Of a stretch of 64,000 bases of DNA, positions 25,488 through 37,926 are shown piece by piece. How positions within the stretch are numbered: position 1 is the stretch's first letter; every line of letters starts with the position of its first letter. This stretch comes from Octopus sinensis (lineage: Eukaryota). Both the position numbers and the translations under genes were made by a program. A model generated the notes under the pieces. It searched no databases. It saw only the letters and a program-made list of their open reading frames with translations, and was not told where the DNA came from. The stretch spans positions 108,438,001 to 108,502,000 of the forward strand of contig NC_043001.1 of NCBI RefSeq assembly GCF_006345805.1, read 5' to 3'.

Positions 25488-25844
25488 TAATAGTTAAAAA
25501 AAATAAAATAAAACTAGCTCAGTGATCTTTTCAATGATGTTACCATTAAAATTTGCTTTGTATGATAGAATATTGAATATATAGCATAAATCTCTCATAA
25601 TTCTGTTATAACATCATTCTGAAGTAAACTTGATTGAATTTATCCAAAGGGAGCAGCATTAATTTGTAATTAACAATCTTTTCATTCCATAAGTATTGAT
25701 GATGTTGTTGTTCTTGTTTAGCTCCAGGTCAACTTAATCAAGCAAACCAATTATCAAAGACATTCCAGTTTTCCCCTCCATTCAAAATTTTTAAGGATAT
25801 CCTGAATCACATTAACAAATGTGTTGCTTCATCAGCTTCATAGG

Positions 25845-26032
25845 CACAGGAGTGGCTGTGTGGTGTGTAGCTTGCTTACCAACCACATGGTTCCGGGTTC
25901 AGTCCCACTGTGTGGCACCTTGGGCAAGTGTCTTCTACTGTAGCCTTGGGCTGATCAAAGCCTTCTGAGTGGATTTGGTAAACGGAAACTGAAAGAAGAC
26001 CGTCGTGCGTGTGTGTGTGTGTATATATATAT

Positions 26033-26065
<33 letters not shown>

Positions 26066-26322
26066 TATATATATATTTATATATATATATATATGTATAT
26101 ATATGTGTGTGTATATGTTTGTGTGTCTGAGTTTGTTCCCCCCAACATCGCTTGACAACCGATGCTGGTGTGTTTACGTCCCCGTAACTTAGCGGTTCGG
26201 CAAGAGAGACCGATAGAATAAGTACTAGGCTTACAAAGAATAAGTCCGGGGATCGATTTGCTCGACTAAAGGGGGTGCTCCAGCATGGCCGCAGTCAAAT
26301 GACTGAAACAAATAAAAGAAAG
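25845..26322 (+). mobile_element. Family A SINE, full length, low divergence
   Basis: ggcacaggagtggctgtgtgg head to aaaagaa tail; many CpGs retained. Confidence 0.9.
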
Positions 26323-26477
26323 AATAAAAAGCTGTAATATGATGTGATGGATATTCGGCTGCTATTCCTAGCATGTCAAAGGGACCTAGGTACAGGGTCA
26401 CAAATTTTTGAATAATGGTAGGGGAAACAGATAAACTGATACCATTGCTTGTTCCATAATTATTTTATTGATCTCAT

Positions 26478-26790
26478 ATCATCATCATCATCTAACGTCC
26501 GTTTTCCATGCTAGCATGGGTTGGACGGTTCGACCGGGGTCTGGGGAGCCAGAAGGCTGCACCAGGCTCCAATCTGATCTGGGAGTGTTTCTACAGCTGG
26601 ATGCCCTTCCTAGTGCCAACCACTCCGTGAGTGTAGTGGGTGCTTTTTACGTGCCAGGCAAGGCTGGCAACAGCCACGATCAGTTGGTGCTTTTTACGTG
26701 CCACCAGCATGGAAGCCAGTCAAAGCGGGGCTGGCATTGGCCACGTTCGGATGGTGCTTTTTACGTGCCACCGGCACGGGGATCACAACT
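26478..26790 (-). mobile_element. Family C retroposon
   Basis: Reverse complement match. Confidence 0.85.
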
Positions 26791-27159
26791 ACAATTTCCA
26801 TTGATTTTTGATGTTGATGTACTTGACTCAATAGGTCTCCTCAAGCACAGGGTCGAAACAGTGTTTCTTTACTTGCCACCTGCACAGGAATCAGTCCAAT
26901 GAATGATAAAGTTGACCCCCTAATGGTAATTGGAGTCAGAACATAAACACTCTAAGGCATTTTGTCTGGACGGCGCTCAACCAATTTTGTTACTCTACTG
27001 ACCATCATTCCTTAAATACTAATGTTAAACAATGCAAATAAGGAAGCACTTATGTACTCACTTGACCCACTAAATATAACAGCCAAATCACACAATCACT
27101 GTCTTAAAAGGAAGAAGGACGCATCAAATAAGGTAATTCTAGATAGCCACTATACTCTT

Positions 27160-27550
27160 TGCTCTTTTACTTGTTTCAGTCATTTGATTGCGGCCATGCT
27201 GGAGCACCGCCTTTAGTCAAGCAAACTGACCCCAGGACTTATTCTTTGTAAGCATAGTACTTATTCTATCTGTCTCTTTTGCCGAACTGCTAAGTTACAG
27301 GGACGTAAACACACCAGCATCGGTTGTCAAGTGATGTTAGGGGAACAAACACAGACACACAAACACACACACACATACATATATACAATGGGCTTCTTTC
27401 AGTTTCTGTCTACTAAATCCACTCACAAGGCTTCAGCCGGCTCGAGACTACAGTAGAATACACTTGCCCAAGGTGCCACACAATGGGACTGAACCCAGAA
27501 TCGTGTGGTTGGTAAGCAAGCTACTTACCACACAGCCACTCCTGCGCCTA
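27160..27550 (-). mobile_element. Family A SINE
   Basis: Reverse complement match. Confidence 0.9.
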
Positions 27551-27941
27551 TAAGATGGAAGCCCCATAAGTGGAAAGCATTTGATCATAGATTTGCCTGA
27601 CAAAGGTGATGTAGGGTCAGCTAAATAATAACAACAACAACAACAAACAATACAAAAGCCAATCAACTTAGTAATGAGCATCAAGTATTTATGATTGTGT
27701 AGAAACAGGCATTGCACATGTGGATGTGTGCATGTAGGTGTGTGTGTGTGTATATATTATGTATATGTGTGTATGTATGTATGTGCATCTATGTTTGTAC
27801 GACAGTGTTCATTTGTAGTTTGTGGTAGATTCTAAGGCAATTCTTTTCATTCCATCTGCAGCTGCTTTGAATCACTACCTTCATTTGTTATAATTGAAAA
27901 CTGTGTGAATGTGCTGCATGCATAATGTATAGGCATCTGGG

Positions 27942-27944
<3 letters not shown>

Positions 27945-27989
<45 letters not shown>

Positions 27990-28064
27990 TATATAGAGAG
28001 AGAGAGGGAGGGAGAGAGAGAGAAAAAAAGACAGACAGATAGATAGATAGATAGATAGATAGAC

Positions 28065-28131
<67 letters not shown>

Positions 28132-28285
28132 CAGATAGGCAGACAGGCAGGCAGGTAGAGAAAGATAGACAGACAGACAGACATAGATAGACAGACAGAG
28201 ATAGACAGACAGAAATAGATAGACAGACAGACACAGATAGACAGACAGACACAGGTAGACAGACAGACAGATATATAGATATATG
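27945..28285. repeat. (TA)n-(GA)n-(GATA)n-(GACA)n compound microsatellite
   Basis: Direct inspection; source of the IYLS-repeat ORFs. Confidence 0.95.
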
Positions 28286-28759
28286 TATTTGCTTGTTTCA
28301 GTCATTAGAGTGCAGCCATGCTGGGACACAGCCTTCAAAAATTTTTAATCAAATCAATCAACCCCAGTTGTTCTTTTTAAAAGCCTGGTATTTATTCCAT
28401 CAGTCTTTTTGCTACTACTAAGTTAATGGCACACAAACACATCAACGCCACTGGTCACACACACATGCATACATGACAGGCTTCTTCCAGTTTCCATAAA
28501 CCAAAACACTCTCAAAGTTTTGGTCAACCCAAGGCCAGAGTAGAAGACATTTTTCCTAGGTGCCATGCAGTGGGACTGAACTCAAAACCCTGTGGTTGAG
28601 AAGCAAACTTCTTACCACCACCACCACTACCCCCCCCACACACACACATACATACCTTAGTCTCTCAGACCCACCAAACCCTTGCTCTCTCTCTCTCCCT
28701 CTCCTGCTAGTTGGGTCACTAACAAACTATTTAATCAGATGCTGCCCCCCCCCTGCACT

Positions 28760-29720
28760 GGGTTTGATAGCCCTCACCTCTTAAATGGTCCACCATGAAG
28801 TGTGGAATTCAGAAAGTCTTGATGGAATGCCAGTGTTAATATTGAGTGGCCTTCTTATGATATGACCAAACCATTTCACTCTCTTTCTTCTTATTACCTC
28901 AGTAATGTTGCATGTCATACAAAGAACTTCCCCTGTGGGAATATTTCTATACTTTAAGTATCTCATGGCTGTATTCACAAATGGTGGGAAGTAGGTGACT
29001 GAATTAGATGCTAGAATTGCAGTTCCAGCCTTTCATCTTCAGAAGAGGAGACATTGGTAAAAAAGCCAATCTTGCTATCTTTAATTTGGTTTTATGCCTA
29101 TCGTCATCAGTCTTGAGTGCTGGGTAATGAATTGAAAAGGGTACGATTGTGAACACAAGCAGCTGAAATGGGATTCCTCTGAAGGGTCTCTGGAATCATG
29201 TTATTTGACAGGGTGCAGAGTTTGGAGATCAAAAATCCTCGACTTCTAACAGCAGAAACAGCTGTAAGCTAATGAAGTGCATGGCACAATTACTTATTCC
29301 TTGGTCGTTTGAATTTTTTCTTGGCCTTATTTCTGCCATATCCTTTCAAAATTTCTCCTGGGTATTACCCATTACAATTTGTGTTGTCCTAACGGCCCTT
29401 TATGTCTGTCTTCATTGATTGTTTACTCTATATGTCCAAGCTCTGGTGTTGTTTGTTTCTTTCAAAGCCCTTACTTTCCACAAGTTTTATATTTTTAAAA
29501 TTTCTGGATGCTGCTGTCGTATGAAGTTTTCCTGTCTTGTCATTAAAAGCATGAAACAAGGAGTAATATCACAGTCAACAACTAAGGAGGGGTTAAATCT
29601 CCTTTGGTATTTTGTCCCGTACTTATCTCTCGTTGTGCATTTACATATTTTTCGCTCCTTGGTGATATCCTGTTCTTAACATGTATTTTTTCATTTGTAT
29701 TTAGGTCTGTGCATGTGTCT
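28760..29720 (-). mobile_element. Degraded RTE-clade LINE (RT end and C-terminus)
   Basis: STGQNTKGDLTPP*LL (decayed GVRQGD.LSP), KTKLKIARLAF and EVIRRKRVKWFGHIIRR in the expected order; many disruptions. Confidence 0.65.
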
Positions 29721-30051
29721 GATATATGGAGAGAAAGTAAGAGAGTAAAACACGAATTTTGGCCACCATTCAAATCTAATGAGCTGCAGTGCTTCAGGTG
29801 AGTCACAAGTATTGACCTGAAGGAACCATTAGGGTGTGTGTGTGTGTATGTTTGTTCCCCACCGCCTCTTGACAATCAGTGTTGGTTCATTTACCTCCCC
29901 ATAACTTAGCAGTTCAGCATAAGCGATCAACAGATTAAGTACTGGGCTCAATTCCTTCAACCAAAACCCTTCAAATCAGTGCCCCAGTATGGCCACAGTC
30001 CTTTGACTGAAACATTACGTACTATCTTTATAAACGGTAGCATAAACTAAA

Positions 30052-30083
<32 letters not shown>

Positions 30084-30199
30084 TATGTACATGTGTATAA
30101 AGCTGCGACCATGCCAGCATTTGTTCGTCCATAATAAATCTAAAAGTACGTTATCCAATGTGACATTCCATTTGTTATGTTGAGGTATGATTTGAGGGA

Positions 30200-31897
30200 G
30201 ATTTAACTGCTATTTCTAACATGCTGAGCAACAGCGTTGAGACTTCTTCATTGGATCGGTGAGGAGGCTAAACAGGGGTGGAGGAAAAGAGAGAGGCGAG
30301 CGGCAAAGGGAGTGGTGGGAGGAATGATGAAAAGAAACAATAATGGTGAGAGTGGGAGAAAGATAGCGAAAGAGAGTAGAAAAGGAGAGAGAAGAATCAT
30401 AAGGGAATAAAAAGAATGAAAAAATAGAGGGAGAAAGGGGGAGAGAAGGATGAAGAATGCAAGAAGAGAAACACATGACCAGAATTGATACATGACAATT
30501 AGGATGATGATGATGACGACGACGACGACGACAATGGCTATTTATCATCATCATCGTCACTATTATTATTATTGTAGGGTAACACATTGAAATATGACGT
30601 TGTGACATTCATGCTGTGTCCAAAATTATTGAGATACAGCGCAGTAAATTCATTCTGAATGAAGGAGAATCAAAATAGGTTGTGACGTTCCAATGATGAT
30701 GGCGGCGGAGAGTGTGATAGCGATGATGGAAGCGATAATGGTGGTGATGGTGGTGACGACGGCGAAGGCGATGATGAAGAAAACGGATGATTATAGCAAT
30801 GATGTCGATAACGATAGAAGTGATAACAGCAATGACGATAGCGATGATGATGACAACGACGACGACGGGAAACAGAAACGAACCCAAACGATGAAACACT
30901 TGCTGAATATCAGTGAAGAAATTAAGAAAAATTGGAGGAGAAATACTTAAGAAAGAAAGAAAAGACAAATGATTGAATGAAAGTGGCAAATAAAAGAGGA
31001 TGAGAGTCAGATAAGTTGATAACAGCAATGATGATGATGACGACGATGTTTATATTGCTGACAAGTGGTAGCAGAGGTAATAGAGATAGATGAGTGATGA
31101 TGGTTGGTGGTGGGAATAAAGTTAATGAGTGATGGGATGGCGGGAAGGAGGAGGGGGTATGACACTTGATGATGATGGTGGTGGTGATACGGGAATGGTG
31201 GTGGGAGGAGGGGAGAGCATAATGATAATGAAGAACAATAATGATTTTGACTGGCGATGATGATGATGATGTATGTCGTTGAATAATGGTAGTGGTGGTG
31301 GTGGTAATGATGCTGACGACGAAGGTGAACGTCGCTGAGCAATGATGGTGACAGCGATGATCATATTATATATTGACCACGAATGACGATTAAGTCGAAT
31401 ACGAAAATGATAGTGGAACTTCAACAAGAACAATACAGATGCCTCTACATCGTTTCAACAACGAGATGAAGTGAAATAACAAAGAAATGAAATGAGATGA
31501 GAGCGAGTTGAAACGAGAGTTGTTGCTGTTTAACCCTAAGCCAGCCTTGATTGTGCCAACCTATGATCAAAGGGTATCGCAGCGGCGGCTATAAAGTTAT
31601 CTATTCTGCGATATTGCATCTAGGACCACTTTATTCAATGAGCCATTATTTTTAAGACAGTAGGGTGTCGTTTGATGGAGATGCGGCTGCTATTTCTAGC
31701 ACGTTCGGTGACTGCGAAGTGGCTACCTCGATGGCTTGTATGAGTGAAGGTTAGAAAGATCACTTGCTAGCGTGATCAATATGGGCAAGTGGATTATTGC
31801 ACTGTTTTCGTTTATTCGTTTAATGTCGTGTGAACACAATGACGTATTGATGATAATACAGTAAAACAGACAACACTGACAATGTACAAGGGAGAGA

Positions 31898-31949
<52 letters not shown>

Positions 31950-32640
31950 CATACATAAATACATAGAGAATGGGATAGAAAGACAGAGAGAGAAGGAGGA
32001 GACAGAGTGAAAGGCTAAGAGAGAGATGGAGGGAGAAAAGCAGATGATTTAATGAGGAGGAGGAGGTTGAGATGATAGGAATGATTGAATGGAGAAAGTA
32101 GAAAGATGTTGAGTGTGAGTGGAAAAACATGAAAAACTGGAGTAGAAGGAGAGGGGTAGCTAGACAGTAAGAGAGAGGGGGAGTCGGAAGAATGAAGAGA
32201 GTAACAACACTAAGAGTAGGATATAGAAAGGAGTGTAAGGAGGGGGAGAGAAAGATGGCATGTATTAAAGAGAGCGTGCTGTTAGAAATTAATGGGAGGC
32301 GGGGTAAAGTACATGAACGAGGGAGAGAGGGAGAAAAATTAGTTGAATCAACAGACTTCAAGGAAGACGACGGCAGATAATATATACAGAGGATGTGTAT
32401 GTAGAAGAGAGAGTCGTGGAAGGAGTGAGTTGAGAAGCGGAGGGAAAAAAAAAGACGAAAAACCAAAAAAAACGATGAATGAGTGAAAGAATAAAAGAGA
32501 ATGAGTCTTTGAATTAGTGAGTGACAGGTGAAGGGATGGGGGTTAAATGGAGTCAGAAACAAGCAAATGGGAACAAAGTGTTTATATGAAATAAAGATAA
32601 AAAAAAAACGAGGTAACACGGGGAAAATATACAATTATAT
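30200..32640. repeat. Purine-rich low-complexity domain ((GAT)n, (GGA)n, (GA)n)
   Basis: Strong strand asymmetry and simple repeats; the ORFs here are His/Ser/Leu-Phe compositional artefacts. Confidence 0.8.
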
Positions 32641-32963
32641 ATACACATATATACACCCAGTTCAGTGGAAAAGACCTCTACCGTGTAAATAGGTGTAAAG
32701 AGAGAGATTCTGTAGGGTACAGAGATATATATATAATCAATAGAACATGGAAATTATACAGAAAAAAAGGAATTATATATATATAATGCGGGTGTATATG
32801 TATACATGTGTGTGAATACATGTATAGTTATTTAGATATATGTTTATACGCACACACGTTTTTATGTTCATTTATGATAAAAAATAATTCTACATTAATC
32901 TGATGGGTTACTCTACGCTTCTGTGGAATACGAATTCCTTCTTAAACAAAAATATTACTTCTG

Positions 32964-33008
32964 ACAGCGACTTCGAAGTTTCGGCCAGTTAACCCATCGT
33001 CGGACTGC
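32964..33008 (-). ncRNA. Minimal type-I hammerhead ribozyme motif (Penelope-type)
   Basis: Minus strand CAGT-CCGACGA-T-GG..CC-GAAA-CTTCGAAG-TC-GCTG: stem I CAGU/GCUG, palindromic stem III ACUUCGAAGU, GUC cleavage triplet; U4 is C and stem II is short. Confidence 0.6.
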
Positions 33009-33199
33009 AGTGTGTATGTGTGCGTGTGCAAGCGTGGTAGTGTGGTAAGAAGCTTGCCTTCCAACCACATGGTTCCAGGCTCAGTCACACTGTGTGACAC
33101 CTTGGGCAAGTGTCTTCTACTATAGTCACGGGCCGACCACAGCATTGAGTGGATTTGGTAGACGGAAACTGAAAGAAGCCCGTCGTGTATGTGTATATA

Positions 33200-33412
33200 T
33201 ATATATATATATAAATATATAATAAATTTTAAAAAATCGAAGAACCAACACAAGATAAGGACATGGTACATGCAAAGTATTAGCAGACACTCAGGGAATG
33301 GAAAGAAAGATAGCTTTACATTTCGAACACAATGCTCTTCTTCAGAAACAGGAGATGGAGAGAAGTCCAAGAGAAAAAGAAGATGGAGGAAAAATATCGA
33401 CGATTCCCATGT

Positions 33413-33420
<8 letters not shown>
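33200..33420 (-). mobile_element. Penelope-like terminal fragment with hammerhead motif (33313-33349)
   Basis: Minus: GTTT-CTGAAGA-A-GAGCA-ttg-TGTTC-GAAA-TG-TA-AAGC; related to 5560-5810. Confidence 0.55.
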
Positions 33421-33494
<74 letters not shown>

Positions 33495-33496
<2 letters not shown>

Positions 33497-33616
33497 GGGT
33501 GTCCCAAAAAAAATGTATACACATAGTGGTTCAGCAAAAGAGAACGATAGAATAAGTACTAGGCTTACAAAGAATAACAAATTATTTAAGGTGTGTATAC
33601 ATTTTTTTGGGACACC

Positions 33617-33619
<3 letters not shown>
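33495..33619. mobile_element. 125-bp Tc1/mariner-type MITE
   Basis: TA-flanked 27-28 bp TIRs cagggtgtcccaaaaaaaatgtatacac / gtgtatacatttttttgggacaccctg. Confidence 0.9.
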
Positions 33620-33670
<51 letters not shown>

Positions 33671-33765
33671 TACCCCCCTGCTTCCATTTCCTGAGCGCCT
33701 ATTAATAATAATACTGTAATTGTTCCATTGTTGTTGTTTTTTTTGTTTCCCGTTTGGATTAAAAT

Positions 33766-33802
<37 letters not shown>

Positions 33803-35300
33803 ATGTGTGTCCCCACAACCAATGCTGGTGTGTTTATGTCCCCCGTAATCTAGCGGTTTGGCAAAAACAGAACGATAGAATAAGTACCAGGCTTACAAAG
33901 AATAAGTCCTGGGGTCGATTTGCTCGACTAAAGGCAGTGCTCCAGCATGGCCACAGTCAAGTGACCGAAACAAGTAAAAGAAAAGAAGAATATATATATA
34001 CATATACGCGCATCACATGCACCTAGATCAGTGGAAAAGACCTTTATTGAGTGAAAAGTATGACAGACACACTGTAAAGTATTGTTACGAACAGAAATCA
34101 ATAAAACATGGGAAATATGCAGAGTAAAAGAAGAGGAATATCTCTCACTCTCTCTCTCTAATTATATATATATATATGTATAAATATATCATCCTCTTCA
34201 CTGGACTTGTTGGACAAGTCATGCAGAGTATATTGTGACACATCTTCTAGAGGTCGATGCCCTTCCGGTCACCAACCCTCATCTATCTCCAAGCAAGGTA
34301 ATATTTCCCCCCTGTTATTCCATGGAAGACTAGAAAAACAAACAATGCTGCTTGTGAGGATAATGATACTCGTTAACAACCATCATGTGATGACAGGTCA
34401 AAGGTACACACACACACATATATATAAAGAAGTTTATCATATATATACATATATATATATATATACACACACACACATATTTACACTATATTCTTTTATT
34501 CTTTTATTTGTTTCAGTCATGTGACTGTGGCCATGCTGGAGCACTGCCTTTAGTCAAACAAATTGACCCCAGGACTTATTCTAACCGATTATGGCCTCCT
34601 CTGGTCCCTGTGCCAGTGATACGTAAAAAGCACCCACTACACTTACGGAGTGGTTGGCATTACAAAGGGCATCCTGCTGTAGAAACACTGCCAGATCAGA
34701 CTGGAGCCTGGTGCAGCCTCCTGGCTTCCAAGACCCCAGTCGAACCATCCAACCTATGCTAGCATGGAAAACGGACGTTAAACAATTATGATGATGATGA
34801 TATATACAAGAGGTATTGGTATCTAGAAGACCCAAAGAGTCCATAGTTTTGATAGTGATTCGAGTGAGGAGTCTAATGGCGTGGGTCCTGAATTAGCAAG
34901 CATATATATATTAGACAAATATATAATATAATAATGAAATTATTGTATACAGTGCTCAGGTGCACCAAAACTTGTCAGAAAGTGCATATAAAGTACATGC
35001 AGTAATGTAGAAATGTCTGGAAAGCGAACAATGTATGAGTCAGATACATGCTTGTGTGTGTATGGAGGAGAGAAAAGAGGAGAAATATACATAATATCCC
35101 AGAAACAGGTGTAAGACTATATCTATATCTTTTTTCTTTATAAATGTCCTGAAAACTCCTCATAGCCTTGGCTTTGTTATCTCATTTTGTCTTATATATA
35201 TATATATATATATATATAATAAATATTAGGGAATAAATCCAAACTTACAGGGAAAAATCAGATTTAGTATTGAATCCAATTTTATAGTAAAAAATTAAAT

Positions 35301-35543
35301 TATATTAAATTAGAGATAAAACCACTATTAGGCAAATCATACAATGAAAAACTTAAGCCAATACATAAGATTATTTAATTTATATTATTTAAATATATAA
35401 CAAAATTATTTTAAAAAATAGTGTTATATTAATTATATTTTTTTAATAATTTTGTTATATATTTAAATAATATAAATTAAATAATCTTATGTATTGGCTT
35501 AAGTTTTTCATTGTATGATTTGCCTAATTGGTTTTATCTCTAA

Positions 35544-35552
<9 letters not shown>
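35301..35552. repeat. Long near-perfect inverted repeat (~120-bp arms)
   Basis: tatattaaattagagataaaacca..caaaattatt versus aataattttg..ggttttatctctaatttaatata; about 15-nt AT loop. Confidence 0.95.
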
Positions 35553-35592
<40 letters not shown>

Positions 35593-36189
35593 GCTTTACA
35601 TATCGTTGTACGGTTATCGACTGCTATTTCCAGCAAACATTGATGCCTTGTTGTGCCATTATTTCCTATTTATAATTCTACCTTTATGATGCTTTATTTA
35701 GCTGGAAAATAACACTATTGTATTGTAATGATATTTATAATTTTTATATATCTAAATTTGTGTATATCTATGTGTGTGAGTCTGTTGCCCAACACGGTTG
35801 TCAAGCAGTGGTGGGCGACAGACTCACACATCACTGCTTGGCAACCGGTATTGGTGTGTCTAAATCCCCACTGAACCATTTTGAAGGATTGACTCTAGAG
35901 AGAATTAAATGAGTGAAGTTCTAAATAAACCATTTTATTGGGGTTAAAACAATAAAAATCTCTCAGATTAATTATTCAAGGTTTCTCTACATTTTATTGT
36001 ATTGCATCCCTGATGAGCCAGCATCACTAAACATTATAGTGATCCGCACAAGTTAATCCTTTAAAATTTAAACCAGCTATATCAGACCCAAATATTCTGC
36101 CTTATGTCCAGTTTAGCCAGATCTGGCTTCTCACACTTACCCTACCGTGTCATTCTAAAAAGAAACTATCCCATCATCGAAATCTCAAA

Positions 36190-36510
36190 GCTATGCTGGT
36201 GGCACGTAAAAAGCACCATCTGAATGTGGTCGATGCCAGTGCCCTTCGACTGGCTCCCATGCCAGTGGCAGGTGAAAAGCACCATCCAAATGTAGTTGAT
36301 GCCATTGCCACCTGACTGGCTCCTGTGCCGGTGGCACGCAAAATGCACCCACAACACTCTTGGAGTGGTTTGTGTTACGAAGGGCATCAAGCCATAGAAA
36401 CACTGAAAGATCAGATTGGAGCCTGGTGCAGCCGCTGGTTTTTCAGATCTCAGTCAAACCGTCCAACCCATGCCAGCATGGAAAATGGACATTAAACGAC
36501 GATGATGATA
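36190..36510 (+). mobile_element. Family C retroposon
   Basis: 5' subrepeats, core and GAT tail. Confidence 0.8.
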
Positions 36511-37926
36511 TGAATAAAAGAGGATGACATTTCACAAAACAACCTGAATGCCAAAGATTTAAAAGTTATTCATATTCATAACTTATGTCAAAGATGTAGA
36601 AAATATCTCCAAAGTTAACTGCTCACAAGTTAGTTATTTTGGTACATGTGAAAATGATATTGCTGAGAAAACATCTAAAAGGAGTCAAACTTGGGGCTCT
36701 CTTCATGAGTTCTACCATTAAACTTGCCTTTTATCTTTGACTTGTTTCAGCCATTAGACTGTGGCCTTGAACAATTTATAGTCAAATGTATCGAGCCAGG
36801 TACTTTTTTTATTTTTATCGATATCTTTTGCCGAACTGCAAAGTTACAGGGACATAAATACACCAATACCAGTTATCAAGTGGTGGAGGGGGGGAGATAA
36901 ACACAGACACAGATACATAGATATATGGGGAGAATTCGCGATATATAGATATATATATATATACATATGATGTACATTGGTTCATGTGTTTCTTTGCTGT
37001 AGCATTATTAAAGTTAGCGTTTAATCCTATCTATAAATTGATTGATTGAATGAATGTGGTCATTAGGCATTAACTTTTATATTATTCTATGGAAGACGGT
37101 AGGGATTATAATTTCTGTATGACTTAATGGATTGGTCACTGTTTAGTTACATATTTAAGAGTTGGTAGTAATTTACTTATAGAATTTATTTATCGATACG
37201 GATGTACATAGGGTAAATGTGTTTGAATATTGTGGTTTCTTTGGTTTGTTTGTTCCCAAACAACATTTATTTTAGTGCTGTTGACACTGCCAGATTGAAT
37301 GGTACTGACCAGGTGTCGAAACCATAATGATATCTGTGAGGCAGCTGATGATGGTGATATGTTGGATTGTTGGTATGGCTGTTATTGTATATGTGGAATA
37401 GTATTATAACACATTCTTTTGATATAAATATATATATGATGGGCTTCTTTCACTTTCTGTATACCAAATCCACTCACAAGGCTTTGGTCAGCCCGAAGCT
37501 ATAGTAGAAGACACTTGCCCATGGTGCCATGCAGTAGGACTGAGCCAGGAACCATGTGGTTGGGAAGCAAACTTCTTACCACACAGCCACTTTAAAAAAT
37601 TATGTAAACAAATATAAATGAATAATCTAATGAGACAGACATACATAACGATTTTTTTTTTTTTTTACTGCAGAAAGAAAATAAACTATTTTTGATCTTT
37701 TACTTGTGTCAGTCATTAGACTGTGGGGTATGCTAGGGTACTACTTTGAGGATTTTTTAGTCCAAAGGCCTGACACCAGTATTTATGCTTTTAAAACCTG
37801 GTACTTATTTTATCAGTATCTTTTGCCAAACTGCTAAGTTACAGGCACATAAACACACCAACACCAGTTGCCAAGCAGTGATGGGGATAAACACATACAC
37901 ACATATATGATGGGGTTTTTTTTTTT

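Larger units (their letters stand above)
33030..33990 (+). mobile_element. Family A SINE split at its internal (TA)n by nested insertions
   Basis: 5' half 33030-33190 and 3' half 33780-33990; a Penelope-like end and a Tc1-type MITE lie between. Confidence 0.8.

Noticed and set aside
31723-32634. 303-aa hydrophobic ORF
   Set aside because: Antisense of a purine-rich low-complexity tract that includes a (TA)n run; no domain motifs or splice support.
36005-36045. CTGATGAG hammerhead-like start
   Set aside because: No intact GAAA or stem II/III follows.
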